From an uncultured Actinomycetes bacterium (GTDB lineage Bacteria > Actinomycetota > UBA4738 > HRBIN12): a stretch of DNA of 64,000 nucleotides. Shown piece by piece: positions 10,112-19,551 of the stretch. The DNA is taken from contig CAVPIB010000004.1 in assembly GCA_963704885.1 (NCBI GenBank), positions 32,001-96,000 of the forward strand. The letters are read 5' to 3'. Both the position numbers and the translations under genes were made by a program. Position 1 is the first letter of the stretch, and each line of letters starts with the position of its first letter. Below the pieces are notes generated by a model that was given only the letters and a program-made list of their open reading frames with translations, was not told the origin of the DNA and did not search any database.

Positions 10112-10133
10112 ATGCTGACGGCCGGCACCGACA
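10112..10133 (-). promoter_or_regulatory. PafBC/RecA-NDp-like promoter motif
   Basis: TGTCGG-N10-CAGCAT versus consensus TGTCGG-N10-TANNNT. Confidence 0.55.
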
Positions 10134-10147
10134 CGCCTTCCTTCGGA

Positions 10148-10273
10148 TCAGCCCTGAGAGCCGCCGGTTCCCTTCGCCTTCTTCGCTGCGCGCTTCTCCT
10201 TGATGCTCTTCTGCGGCTTCTTCTTCTGATCGCGATTCGTGCTCGCCCCACCGCGGTCCTTCGATTTCGCCAT
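10148..10273 (-). CDS. small lysine-rich protein (41 aa)
   Basis: GAGAGGAGG RBS, ATG 10273; MAKSKDRGG...KKKPQKSIKEKRAAKKAK. Confidence 0.65.
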   Translation of the reverse strand: MAKSKDRGGASTNRDQKKKPQKSIKEKRAAKKAKGTGGSQG

Positions 10274-10275
10274 GG

Positions 10276-10893
10276 TCAGACCTCCTCTCGATCGGTCCGA
10301 GGGTACAGGGCATCCTCCACGAGGGATGCCAACAGCTGCTCCACCGCCAAGTGACATTCCTGGATGTGTGCCGTGACCGCGCTCGGTATCTGGATGGCGA
10401 CATCGGCGAGCGGTGCAAGCTTGCCGCCGGACTCACCTGTAAGGGCTATCACGAGGAGGCCCTGTCCTTGTGCGCGCTCCGCCGCGCGGATGACGTTCGC
10501 GGAGTTCCCGCTGGTCGAGATCGCGATCAAGACATCCCCCTCGCGCCCGAGCGATTCCACCTGGCGCTCGAAGATGCCTTCGGGCCCGAAGTCGTTCGCG
10601 ATGGCGGTGAGCAGCGACGTGTCGGTGGTGAGGGCGATCGCCGGGATCGACGGGCGAGGGTTGTCGATCGTGAGCGTGCTGACGAACTCCGTGGCCAGGT
10701 GTTGGGCGTCGGCGGCGCTGCCGCCGTTGCCGCAGATCAAGATCTTCCCTCCGCCACGGAGCGACGTGACCAGGAGCGCGGCGGCCGACGCGATGTCGTC
10801 CACGCACCGCTCCTGCACGCGTCTCACCGCGTCTGCGGTCTCGACGAGGTAGGCGCGGGCAGTCGCGCGAACGGCATTGGCGTCCATCGTCAC
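10276..10893 (-). CDS. gmhA: D-sedoheptulose-7-phosphate isomerase
   Basis: CGNGGSAADAQH, TDTS, ISTSGNS, HIQECH. Confidence 0.9.
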   Translation of the reverse strand: MTMDANAVRATARAYLVETADAVRRVQERCVDDIASAAALLVTSLRGGGKILICGNGGSAADAQHLATEFVSTLTIDNPRPSIPAIALTTDTSLLTAIANDFGPEGIFERQVESLGREGDVLIAISTSGNSANVIRAAERAQGQGLLVIALTGESGGKLAPLADVAIQIPSAVTAHIQECHLAVEQLLASLVEDALYPRTDREEV

Positions 10894-11945
10894 GCTCCCT
10901 CGCGGTCTGGGGCCCACTCGTCGGGTCCCCGGGTCGCGCGGACGCCCGTGGCCGACATGGAGAAGGGCGCGAACTGACCGCCGAGCCGCTCCAGCTCGCC
11001 TCGGACCGACGGTTGAGCGGACGGCCGGCAGTACAGGAGCAGGTAGCCGCCGCCTCCAGCGCCGCAGATCTTGCCCCCGGTGGCTCCCGCCGCCTGCGCG
11101 AGCGACAGCATCGCCTCGATCGGAGTGTGTTCGGCGATGTGCGGGTTCATCCGCCGCTTGGCACGGAAGGCATCCCGGAGAGATGCGCCGAGCTCGTCCA
11201 CGTCGCCCGCCTCCACGGCATCGCGCATGGTGTATGCCAGCTCGTGCAGCTGCTTCATCCCGAGGATCGTGTCCTCACGCCCCTGTCGGTAGAGGGCGAT
11301 CTGCGTGTCGATCAACCCGACGTTGCGCCTGACGAACCCCGTGTAGCAGAGCATCAGGTTCCGGACGAGCCGTGACATGACGTCGGGGTCGGCGCGTACC
11401 GGCGAGACTCGGACGCCCTCCGCCGAGAACTCGAAGAGGTTGAAGCCGCCGTAGACAGCCGCGTACTGATCCTGCCAGCCGCCGCTGATGCCCAAGTCGT
11501 CCCGCTCTATCGAATAGGAGAGGTGGGTCAGCTCGCCGGCGGTGAGCGGCTTGTCCCCGAGCATGGCCAGACCTGCCACCGCGGCCGTAACGAGTGCTGA
11601 CGAACCACCGAGGCCGCTTCCGGCCGGCGCCTCGGATCCGATCGACATCTCGATCCCTCCGGGAACCCCGACCCGCTCGATCGCGGCCTTCGCCAGATCC
11701 ATCACGCCGTCGTAGACCGGTCCTTCGTCCAGGTGGTACTCAACGAGTTGATCGAGGTCGAGCGATCGGACGACCACCTGTCGATCGTCGCGAGGCACGA
11801 TGGTCACCCGGACGTAGTGGTCGATCGTGGAAGAGAGCACCGCGCCCCCGTGCTCCTGGAAGTAGTGCGGGAAGTCGGTCCCTCCGCCGACGAAACTGAT
11901 GCGAAGTGGCGCGACCGCGTGTATCGGGTCTCGATCGGAGGACAT
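10890..11945 (-). CDS. GHMP kinase, D-glycero-alpha-D-manno-heptose-7-phosphate kinase (HddA)-like
   Basis: APLRISFVGGGTD, PAGSGLGGSSA, GGWQDQY, GKICGAGGGG; coupled to gmhA. Confidence 0.85.
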   Translation of the reverse strand: MSSDRDPIHAVAPLRISFVGGGTDFPHYFQEHGGAVLSSTIDHYVRVTIVPRDDRQVVVRSLDLDQLVEYHLDEGPVYDGVMDLAKAAIERVGVPGGIEMSIGSEAPAGSGLGGSSALVTAAVAGLAMLGDKPLTAGELTHLSYSIERDDLGISGGWQDQYAAVYGGFNLFEFSAEGVRVSPVRADPDVMSRLVRNLMLCYTGFVRRNVGLIDTQIALYRQGREDTILGMKQLHELAYTMRDAVEAGDVDELGASLRDAFRAKRRMNPHIAEHTPIEAMLSLAQAAGATGGKICGAGGGGYLLLYCRPSAQPSVRGELERLGGQFAPFSMSATGVRATRGPDEWAPDREGA

Positions 11946-11994
11946 GGCCGGACCAGTCTAGGGCGTGATGCTCTGCCGGTGCCGTCCGCTGGCT

Positions 11995-12273
11995 TCAGGC
12001 GACCTGGCGCTGTACCCGCCGACGCTGCTGCTCTGTGAGTCCCCCCCAAACGCCGTAGCGTTCCCCGCTCTTGAGCGCCCAGGCCAAGCACTCCTCGCGG
12101 ATGCGGCAACCGCCGCAGAACGCCAGTGCGGGCCCCGCCTCGTCTTCGGAGACGGGGAAGAACAGATCGGGATCGATACCGAAGCATGCCGCTCGGTCTT
12201 GCCAGTAGTCCGGTGGGGAAGGGTTCGCCGGTAGCGTGTTCAGGTCGATGTCCGCGAACCGCTCGATCCTCAA
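11995..12273 (-). CDS. WhiB-family Fe-S transcriptional regulator
   Basis: W..RAAC...DPDLFFP...C..C.IREEC...GVWGG; AAGGAGG RBS before TTG 12273. Confidence 0.9.
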   Translation of the reverse strand: MRIERFADIDLNTLPANPSPPDYWQDRAACFGIDPDLFFPVSEDEAGPALAFCGGCRIREECLAWALKSGERYGVWGGLTEQQRRRVQRQVA

Positions 12274-12413
12274 CAGACCTCCTTCCCCTCGATCCGGGCT
12301 CGGCAGGCCCGGTGGGACCCGATTCATACCAGCGATGGGCCCTCCAAAGGAAGGGGTCGAAGGCAGGCAATCTGCGAACCCCTGGTGGGCGGACTCGAAA
12401 TGACCCGAACGGG

Positions 12414-13214
12414 CTAGTCCGCTATAGGTGAAACCGAAGCGCCGTCCGAGGTCGAGAGCGCCAGGTCCGCTGCCGCCCAATCCACCGCGGCGATGAGTAC
12501 CGAGCCGTGGTCGCGCGCCGGCGCCACGCTGGTGATCGTGCCCACCGGCGCTCCGGCCGTGTTCAGATGTTGTCCCGGAGCAACGACGCCATCCGTTCGG
12601 AGATGCCGCAGGATCCTCGGCGGATGCCCGAGGTTCCGGATCTTCGCGACCGACTCCTGACCCAAGAAGCATCCTTTCTGGAAGTCGATCGTCCGCTCGA
12701 GTCCCGCCTCGGCCGGAAGCGCACCGTGCGGGAAGTCCACGCCCATGACGGGGTCGCCGCTTCGGACGCGCCAGATCTCCCAAGCGGCGGAGTCGACCAC
12801 GACCTCGTCCGCCCCCGTGGGTGCGTGTTCCGTGAGATGGCCCGACGCGATGTGCTCGAACATCGAAGGCCGTGTCGTCATTTCCTCCAGCGTGACGGCC
12901 GACGACAAGACGTAGGGAGCCAGGATCCCTGCGATCGACTCCGGCTGATCCCCATGCTGCAGCAACAGGAAGGAGCCGTCGGAGCGATCTGCGAGCGTGA
13001 GGTCCGCGCGGATCCGGCCGGTGGGGGATAAGAGCAGCGACCGCCGGGACGTACCCGGCTCCAGGGTCGCCACGTCCGCGGTCACCAGGTCGCCCAGCCA
13101 ACGGCGCGAACCGTCCCCGCGGACGACGACCATGCGCTCTCCTGACCGATCGCGGAACGCTCGCCCCTCATCGAGCGCTTCTAGCTGCTCCTCGATCGTC
13201 GTCACGGATGCCAT
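12414..13214 (-). CDS. YgfZ/GcvT-like folate-binding protein
   Basis: KGCFLGQE signature. Confidence 0.85.
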   Translation of the reverse strand: MASVTTIEEQLEALDEGRAFRDRSGERMVVVRGDGSRRWLGDLVTADVATLEPGTSRRSLLLSPTGRIRADLTLADRSDGSFLLLQHGDQPESIAGILAPYVLSSAVTLEEMTTRPSMFEHIASGHLTEHAPTGADEVVVDSAAWEIWRVRSGDPVMGVDFPHGALPAEAGLERTIDFQKGCFLGQESVAKIRNLGHPPRILRHLRTDGVVAPGQHLNTAGAPVGTITSVAPARDHGSVLIAAVDWAAADLALSTSDGASVSPIAD

Positions 13215-13241
13215 GGTCCTCTGGGAGCATCATCTCAAGCG

Positions 13242-14375
13242 ATGGACGTTCCCAAGACGCTGCTGGTGACGAACGACTACCCGCCACGGGTGGGCGGGAT
13301 CCAGCGGACCCTGGAGGCACTCTGGCGCGAGCTTCCTCCAGGCCGCGTGGCGGTCCTGGCCCCGACCTGGGAAGGCGCCGACGAGTTCGACGCGCGAGCT
13401 CCGTACCCGATCCTTCGGCAGCCCGACCGCTTCGTCTGGCCGACGACTGTGTTCAGGTCGCGGCTGGACCGCGCCATAGACGAGCTTGGTGTGGAGGTCG
13501 TGGTGTTCGGTGACGCGTTCCCACTGGCCATGCTCGGTCCTGGTCTAGCCCGGCGTGGGACGCCCTACTTGGTCGCCGCCCACGGGTTCGACTACTGGCT
13601 GTCGGTTGTCCCTGGGGCCCACGCCCTCATGCGACGCATGACGTCCTCGGCGTCGCGTGTCCCGGTCATGTGCAGCGAGTTCATCGCGCGCACCGTCCGA
13701 ACCGCCGTGCCACGGGAGGTCCCCGTTTCCGTTCTGTATCCGGGAGCCGACCTGAAGACGTTCCGGCCAGATCTACCCACCGCCGACATCCGCGAAGCGC
13801 TCGGCATCGGCGAGCGGCCACTCGTCGTCTGCGTCAGCCGGCTCGTGGCTCGCAAGGGGCAGGACGTGTTGATCCGAGGGATGTCCAGCGTCCGCGAGAG
13901 GGTCCCGGAAGCAGCGCTCCTCATCGTGGGGGGCGGTGCGGACGAGGCGCGGCTGCGTTCGATGGCGGCCGAGGCGCCTGCGGGTTCGGTCTTCTTCGCC
14001 GGGCAGGTTTCCGAGGAGGAGCTACCGCGTTACTACGCGGTGGGCGATGTCTTCGCCATGCCGTGTCGGACGCGGATGATGGGCATGGAGGTCGAGGGAT
14101 GGGGGAACGTCTTCATCGAGGCCTCGGCCTGCGGGAAGCCCATCGTGGTCGGCGACTCGGGGGGAGCGCGCGAGACCGTCGTGGAGGGCGAGACCGGGTT
14201 GCTGGTTCAGGGCGACGATGTTTCCCAGGTGGCCGACGCCGTGAGTGAGCTGCTGGCCGATCCGGCCAAGGCACGAGAGATGGGGGCGGCAGGCAGGGCG
14301 CGGGTCGAGGCTCGTCACGCGTGGCCGGATATCGCGGGGCGTCTTGCCCGTTGGCTGAGCCAAGCCGCGGGGTAG
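13242..14375 (+). CDS. glycosyltransferase family 4 (PimB'-like)
   Basis: VTNDYPPRVGGIQ, SRLVARKGQD, EGWGNVFIEA. Confidence 0.9.
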   Translation: MDVPKTLLVTNDYPPRVGGIQRTLEALWRELPPGRVAVLAPTWEGADEFDARAPYPILRQPDRFVWPTTVFRSRLDRAIDELGVEVVVFGDAFPLAMLGPGLARRGTPYLVAAHGFDYWLSVVPGAHALMRRMTSSASRVPVMCSEFIARTVRTAVPREVPVSVLYPGADLKTFRPDLPTADIREALGIGERPLVVCVSRLVARKGQDVLIRGMSSVRERVPEAALLIVGGGADEARLRSMAAEAPAGSVFFAGQVSEEELPRYYAVGDVFAMPCRTRMMGMEVEGWGNVFIEASACGKPIVVGDSGGARETVVEGETGLLVQGDDVSQVADAVSELLADPAKAREMGAAGRARVEARHAWPDIAGRLARWLSQAAG

Positions 14376-14420
14376 CCGTGCCTGGTTCGTTCCTCGCGGG
14401 ACGGGGGGTACGCTGAACCC

Positions 14421-15134
14421 GTGGTGGAAACCTCTGCTCACCAGGCTGAACGGCGGTGCAGGCGGTGTGACGCCGTCCTGTACGAGGGCGCCGAGTGGTG
14501 CGGCATGTGCTTCGCTCCCGTGAACGAGCCCGAGGTCGAGCCCGAGGTCGAGCGAGTGAACGAGTCGGAGGAGGAAGCACCCGCCACCGTATCCGGCTCG
14601 ACCGTCCCCGCGGACGACCAGCCGGCGGAACGCGCAACCGTGGCGGCGACCGTCGGACCGAAGACCGCAGGTTGGCCGTGTCCGGTCTGCGAGAGCCAGA
14701 ACGGGCTCGATCTGGATGTCTGCGCCACGTGCGGCACGGCGTTCGCGACGCTCATGCGGGAAGAGAGCCTAAAGTCGAAGGTCGACCCGCAGGACGCGTT
14801 CCGGCGCTCGCTGGTGTATCCGGGCCTGGGCCATCGGTTGGTGGGCAGGGCGCTCGACGGTTTCGCGCGCGGCGTACTGTTCGGGATGCTCCTGCTGGCG
14901 ACCCTGATGCTGGGGTTGTCGGGGGCATCCAGCGGCGCCGTGCGCTTCCTGTTCATCACGTACGCGGCTGCCACGATCTCGGTCTATGTCATGACGGCCT
15001 TCGAGGCTCGACGACTGGCGGAGGGCGGCGACCTGTTGGTGTCATCTCGCGCGCTCTTGTGGGCTACGGTCGGGATCCTGCTTCTCTCGATCGTGATGGT
15101 GGCCCTCGTCATCGGCACGGCGACCAGACGCTAG
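14421..15134 (+). CDS. membrane protein with zinc-ribbon motifs
   Basis: four CxxC motifs (CRRC, CGMC, CPVC, CATC) and three C-terminal hydrophobic segments. Confidence 0.7.
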   Translation: MVETSAHQAERRCRRCDAVLYEGAEWCGMCFAPVNEPEVEPEVERVNESEEEAPATVSGSTVPADDQPAERATVAATVGPKTAGWPCPVCESQNGLDLDVCATCGTAFATLMREESLKSKVDPQDAFRRSLVYPGLGHRLVGRALDGFARGVLFGMLLLATLMLGLSGASSGAVRFLFITYAAATISVYVMTAFEARRLAEGGDLLVSSRALLWATVGILLLSIVMVALVIGTATRR

Positions 15135-15146
15135 GATTCCGGCGCG

Positions 15147-15587
15147 ATGGAACACGCGGAAGGGTCGACGATCATCGAGGCGCCTCTCGAGGACGTGATG
15201 GAGGTCCTGGAGGACTACGAAGCGTATCCCGAGTGGTCGGAGGTCCAAGCGGTCGACGTGTTAACGCGCGGCGAGGGCGGGCGGGGGACGGAAGTGGCGT
15301 TCGAGGTCGACGTCCCAGTGCTCGGCAAGGCCGCCTATACGCTCGCCTACGTCTACGCCCCAGGTGATACCGGTTTGTCGTGGACCACCAAGGAAGCCCG
15401 CGGCGCGATCCGCGACATCCGCGGCGAGTACCTGTTGAACGAGCTCCCCGACGAAACGACGAAGGTCACCTATCGTCTGGCGGTTGAGCTGGGGGTGCTG
15501 GTCCCGGGGTTCCTACGAGCAGAGGGGGCCAAGCGAGTGATCGAGAACGCGCTGGAACGTCTGAAGCGCCGCGTGGAGATGGGCTAG
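15147..15587 (+). CDS. SRPBCC/polyketide cyclase-fold protein
   Basis: DYEAYPEW, GEYLL...TKVTYRL; position in conserved actinobacterial block. Confidence 0.85.
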   Translation: MEHAEGSTIIEAPLEDVMEVLEDYEAYPEWSEVQAVDVLTRGEGGRGTEVAFEVDVPVLGKAAYTLAYVYAPGDTGLSWTTKEARGAIRDIRGEYLLNELPDETTKVTYRLAVELGVLVPGFLRAEGAKRVIENALERLKRRVEMG

Positions 15588-15635
15588 ACCGTCATCTGAG
15601 CTCCGACCCTAAGCCATCCCCCGTAAGCTGGCGCC

Positions 15636-16835
15636 GTGCGCGTGATCCTGTTCACCGGGAAAGGCGGCGTCGGCAAGACGACGGTCGCCGCGGCGACGGC
15701 CGTCCGGGCGGCGCGCTCAGGTCAGCGGACGCTGGTCATGAGCACGGATCCGGCTCACTCCCTCGGCGATTCGTTCGAGGTCGAGATCGGATCTCGCCCG
15801 ACCGAGATCGCCCAGAACCTCTGGGCCCAGCAGATCGACGCGCAGGAGCGCCTGGAGGGCAACTGGCGAGAGATCCAGGAGTACTTCATCCAGTTGATGA
15901 GCTGGGCGGGCACCGAAACGATCCAGGCCGAAGAGCTCACAGTGATCCCCGGGCTGGATGAGATCTTCAGCCTGATCGACGTCCGAACTTACGTGGAGAG
16001 CGGCGACTACGACATGTTGGTCGTTGACTGCGCCCCGACCGCCGAGACACTCAGACTGCTGTCCCTCCCTGAGGTCATGAACTGGTATATCGAGAGGATC
16101 TTCCCCGTGGAGCGCCGGGTGGTGAAGACCCTTCGCCCGATCGTCTCCCGCATGACCACCCTGCCGATCGCGGGCGATCAAGTGTTCAGCGCGGTCGAGC
16201 GGCTACACCGCAACCTACAGGCGGTGAAGCGGATCCTGACCGATGAGGACGTCTCGACGGTGCGTCTGGTGGTGAACCCCGAGAAGATGGTGATAGCCGA
16301 GGCTCGACGCACATACACATACCTGGGGTTGTTCGGTTACCGGGTGGATGCGGTAGTCGTGAACCGCATCATCCCCGAGGAGGTCACGGATCCGTACTTC
16401 GGCAAATGGAAGGACGTCCAGGCAGAGCATCTGCTCACGGTGCACGAGTCCTTCGAGCCGGTACCGATCCTAACCGCGCGGCTCTTCGACAGAGAGATGG
16501 TAGGTGTGCCGCTCCTCGTCGAGATGGGCGACGAGGTCTATGAGGATCGCGATGCGACCGAGATCTTGTATCGCGACGACCCGATCCGTGTCCGCAAGCG
16601 CGGGACCGGGTACGTCTTGTCCATGCGCCTCCCGTTCGTGTCGCGCGACGAGATGGATGTCCACCGCCGCGGGGAGGAGCTCTTCGTGCGCGTCGGCTCG
16701 TACAAGCGGAACCTGATCTTGCCGCAGACGCTCAAGCGGATGGTGGTGCGCGAGGCGAACTTCGCGGGCGATCACCTGGAGATCCTCTTCGGTCCATCGC
16801 CCGAGACCGCGGACGTGGCCCCTGGAAGGAGTTGA
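15636..16835 (+). CDS. ArsA/Get3-family ATPase with C-terminal HSP20-like domain
   Basis: GKGGVGKTT, STDPAHSL, DCAPTAETLRLL, RRGEELFVRVGSYKRNLILP. Confidence 0.9.
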   Translation: MRVILFTGKGGVGKTTVAAATAVRAARSGQRTLVMSTDPAHSLGDSFEVEIGSRPTEIAQNLWAQQIDAQERLEGNWREIQEYFIQLMSWAGTETIQAEELTVIPGLDEIFSLIDVRTYVESGDYDMLVVDCAPTAETLRLLSLPEVMNWYIERIFPVERRVVKTLRPIVSRMTTLPIAGDQVFSAVERLHRNLQAVKRILTDEDVSTVRLVVNPEKMVIAEARRTYTYLGLFGYRVDAVVVNRIIPEEVTDPYFGKWKDVQAEHLLTVHESFEPVPILTARLFDREMVGVPLLVEMGDEVYEDRDATEILYRDDPIRVRKRGTGYVLSMRLPFVSRDEMDVHRRGEELFVRVGSYKRNLILPQTLKRMVVREANFAGDHLEILFGPSPETADVAPGRS

Positions 16836-16839
16836 TCCG

Positions 16840-17133
16840 ATGACGCAGGAGACCGAACGGCCGACCTCGGGCTCTACCGAGGAGCCGTCACAGGACGCCG
16901 AGCAAACTAGGAGCGAGCGCCAGAGCGATGCCGGGCATGTTTGCAACGTCGCGTTCTGTCCGATCGGGCTGGCGCTTTCCGCCGTGCAGCCGATGAAGCC
17001 CGACGTCATCGAGCACCTGTTGGTAGCGGGTCGCGAGTTCTTCCTGGCGGCGAAGGCGGTCATGGACGCGCGCGCCGAGCACCTCTCGGACGACAGCGGC
17101 TCCTCTACGTTCGAGAAGATCGACATCGGGTGA
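16840..17133 (+). CDS. hypothetical protein between ArsA and glucokinase
   Basis: GGAG RBS; CNVAFCPIG motif; ends IDIG. Confidence 0.7.
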   Translation: MTQETERPTSGSTEEPSQDAEQTRSERQSDAGHVCNVAFCPIGLALSAVQPMKPDVIEHLLVAGREFFLAAKAVMDARAEHLSDDSGSSTFEKIDIG

Positions 17134-18080
17134 GCGCCGGGCAAGACGCCATCGGCCTAGACGTAGGCGGCACCAAGACCGCCGCCGCTCGAGTATCGGC
17201 CGACGGTTCCATCCTCGCCCGCGCGACGCTGCCGACGCCCGCCGACGACATGGTGGCGACGCTCGACACCATCCTCGAGGCTGCGCGCGCCGTCCTGTCC
17301 CCTGGGGTGCGGGCGATAGGGATCGCCGCCGCCGGCCTGGTCGAGTCGGCCACCGGCATCCTGCGCTTCGCCCCGAACCTGGCATGGCGAGACGCCTCAT
17401 TGGTCGAGCACCTGAGCGGCGCTCTCGGGCTCCCGGTGGTCGCCGAGAACGACAACACGGCGGCCGCCTGGGGGGAATTCCGATCCGGGGCGGGTCGGGG
17501 CTACGGACACATGTTGCTGGTGGGTGTCGGCACAGGGATCGGCGGCGGGATCGTCGCGGATGGTGTTCTCTTCCGCGGAGCACACGGGTTCGCTGCCGAG
17601 ATCGGACACATCGTCGTTCAGCCCGATGGCCCGCTCTGCGGTTGCGGGAACCGCGGGTGCTGGGAGCAGGTGGCATCGGGTCAGGCGTTGACCAGAGCCG
17701 GTCGACAGGCGATGCGTGGCCGCGACCAGACCCTCCTCCGTGACCTGGCGGGCAGCGATCCCGATCGGGTGACCGGACCCATGGTGACGAAGGCCGCCCA
17801 GGACGGTGACGCCGTGTCGATCGCGATCATCGCCGAGGTGGGCCGGCGGTTGGGCGAGGGGATCGCCGGCCTGGTGAACATCCTCGATCCAGAAGTTGTG
17901 GTGGTCGGCGGCGGGGTGGCCGACGCGGGGGAACTCCTTCTGGGCCCGGCCAGGGAGGCGTTCCGTGACACGGTCGAGGCGGTGGATCGTCGGCCCGATG
18001 TGCCACTGGTCCATGCGGAACTCGGGAACGATGCCGGCGTGGTCGGCGCCGCGATGCTCGCCCTGGAGTCGACCGCGTGA
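17130..18080 (+). CDS. ROK-family glucokinase
   Basis: GLDVGGTK, ENDN, GTGIGGG, EIGH...CGCGNRGCWE. Confidence 0.9.
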   Translation: MSAGQDAIGLDVGGTKTAAARVSADGSILARATLPTPADDMVATLDTILEAARAVLSPGVRAIGIAAAGLVESATGILRFAPNLAWRDASLVEHLSGALGLPVVAENDNTAAAWGEFRSGAGRGYGHMLLVGVGTGIGGGIVADGVLFRGAHGFAAEIGHIVVQPDGPLCGCGNRGCWEQVASGQALTRAGRQAMRGRDQTLLRDLAGSDPDRVTGPMVTKAAQDGDAVSIAIIAEVGRRLGEGIAGLVNILDPEVVVVGGGVADAGELLLGPAREAFRDTVEAVDRRPDVPLVHAELGNDAGVVGAAMLALESTA

Positions 18081-18964
18081 AGATCGGCGTATCGCTCCCG
18101 GTGTTCACCGCGGACCCGGAGCGTCCGCTCCAGGTCGCGAGCCGGGCCGCGGCGCTTGGCTTCGACGGCGTCTTCTCGCCGGACCACTTCTTCCCGCCGG
18201 CGTTCTATCCGCCGTCGGGACCCGACCGTCCCGCTCTCGAGGCGTTCACGCTCCTCGCGGCCGTGTCCGCCCGCAACCAGGGCCTCCACGTCGGCACGCT
18301 CGTCGCCCGCGTCACCCTGCGAGCGCCCGGCATGCTCGCGAAGCAGGCCGCCGCCCTCGATCAGATGAGCGGTGGCCGTGCGATCCTGGCGCTCGGTACC
18401 GGCGACAGCGCCTCGAAGCCCGAGCACGACATGTTCGGCCTCCCGTTCCCGCCGACCGCTGATCGCGTCGCGATGTTGGAGGAGACCGTCACGGCGCTGC
18501 GCGCCGTCTTCGCGGGTGAGTCCTGGCCGGGGGGCTCCCAGGTCCCTCCGCTCTCCGGCCCCCTGGTGCCACCCGGATCGCCCGAGCTGTGGGTGGGTGG
18601 GCGATCCGAAGGGGTGTTGAGGGTGGCGGCTCGTGTAGCCGACGCATGGAACGGATGGGGATACGACGCTGAGGGGTTCAGGTCGCGGGTCGAACGCCTG
18701 CGCGAGCTGGCGGAGGCTCGTTCGGTCGCGCCTACGTGGGGCGGCATAGCTCTGGTTGGGGCGGACCCCTCCGAACTGGTTGGGCTGAAGCGCGACCGGG
18801 AGGCCAGAGGGCTTCCCCTCGACGGTGTGTGGACCGGTACGGCCTCCGAGCTCCAGGGGTTCGCGAACGAGCTGTCGGCCGCCGGCGCGACATGGTTCGT
18901 GGTGCTGCCTGTCGGGCCCGCCGATCGACTCGACCTGATCGCATCGGCACTCCTGGATCGATGA
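18077..18964 (+). CDS. LLM-class flavin/F420-dependent oxidoreductase
   Basis: GFDGVFSPDH, LAKQAAALDQMSGGR.ILALG. Confidence 0.85.
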   Translation: MKIGVSLPVFTADPERPLQVASRAAALGFDGVFSPDHFFPPAFYPPSGPDRPALEAFTLLAAVSARNQGLHVGTLVARVTLRAPGMLAKQAAALDQMSGGRAILALGTGDSASKPEHDMFGLPFPPTADRVAMLEETVTALRAVFAGESWPGGSQVPPLSGPLVPPGSPELWVGGRSEGVLRVAARVADAWNGWGYDAEGFRSRVERLRELAEARSVAPTWGGIALVGADPSELVGLKRDREARGLPLDGVWTGTASELQGFANELSAAGATWFVVLPVGPADRLDLIASALLDR

Positions 18965-19551
18965 ACAGCGCCGACCTCAAGCGTGCGAAACGGGCGGTCC
19001 GAGCCGAGGTTCTCGCGGCCCGAGATGCCCTTGCGCCAGACGAGAGAGCGCGCTGCTCGCTCCTGATCCGCGACCGGTTCCTCGCGCTCCCCGAGCTCGA
19101 GGCCGTCCGCACGGTCATGCTCTTCTGGTCGTTCGGCTCCGAGGTCGACACGGCCCCGCTCGTGAAGTCGCTCGTCGAGCGAGGCGTCCGAACCGCACTG
19201 CCGCGGATGGTCGGCGGCGAGCTCGAGCCTCGGACGTACCGTCCTGGCGACCCGGTAACCGAGACCGTCTTCGGCGCATGCGAGCCGGCTGCCGGCGAGG
19301 TGCTCGATCCCTCGGCCCTCGACGTCGTGGTGACGCCGGCGGTCGCGTTCGATCGCGCCGGACGGCGGGTCGGGTACGGGGGTGGCTACTACGACAGGCT
19401 CTTCGGTAGCGCGCGTCCTGGTTCGCTGCGGATCGGGGTCGCCTTCGACGTGCAGCTGGCGGACGGGGATCTGCCGGGTGGGCATTTCGACCTCCCGGTC
19501 CACGCGATCGTCACCGGATCCGAGGTCGTGCGATGTCCACCCGCCGCCTGA
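18961..19551 (+). CDS. 5-formyltetrahydrofolate cyclo-ligase
   Basis: SEVDT, PAVAFD..G.RVGYGGGYYDR. Confidence 0.9.
   Translation: MNSADLKRAKRAVRAEVLAARDALAPDERARCSLLIRDRFLALPELEAVRTVMLFWSFGSEVDTAPLVKSLVERGVRTALPRMVGGELEPRTYRPGDPVTETVFGACEPAAGEVLDPSALDVVVTPAVAFDRAGRRVGYGGGYYDRLFGSARPGSLRIGVAFDVQLADGDLPGGHFDLPVHAIVTGSEVVRCPPAA

Noticed and set aside
12274-13101. 368-aa extended WhiB
   Set aside because: Overlaps the YgfZ-like gene out of frame; the RBS supports TTG 12273
14525-14552. 12-bp tandem repeat GAGCCCGAGGTC
   Set aside because: Two copies encoding an EPEV linker; not a CRISPR array or contingency locus
15636-16835. Arsenic resistance locus
   Set aside because: No arsB, acr3, arsC or arsR nearby; the context is the conserved actinobacterial block
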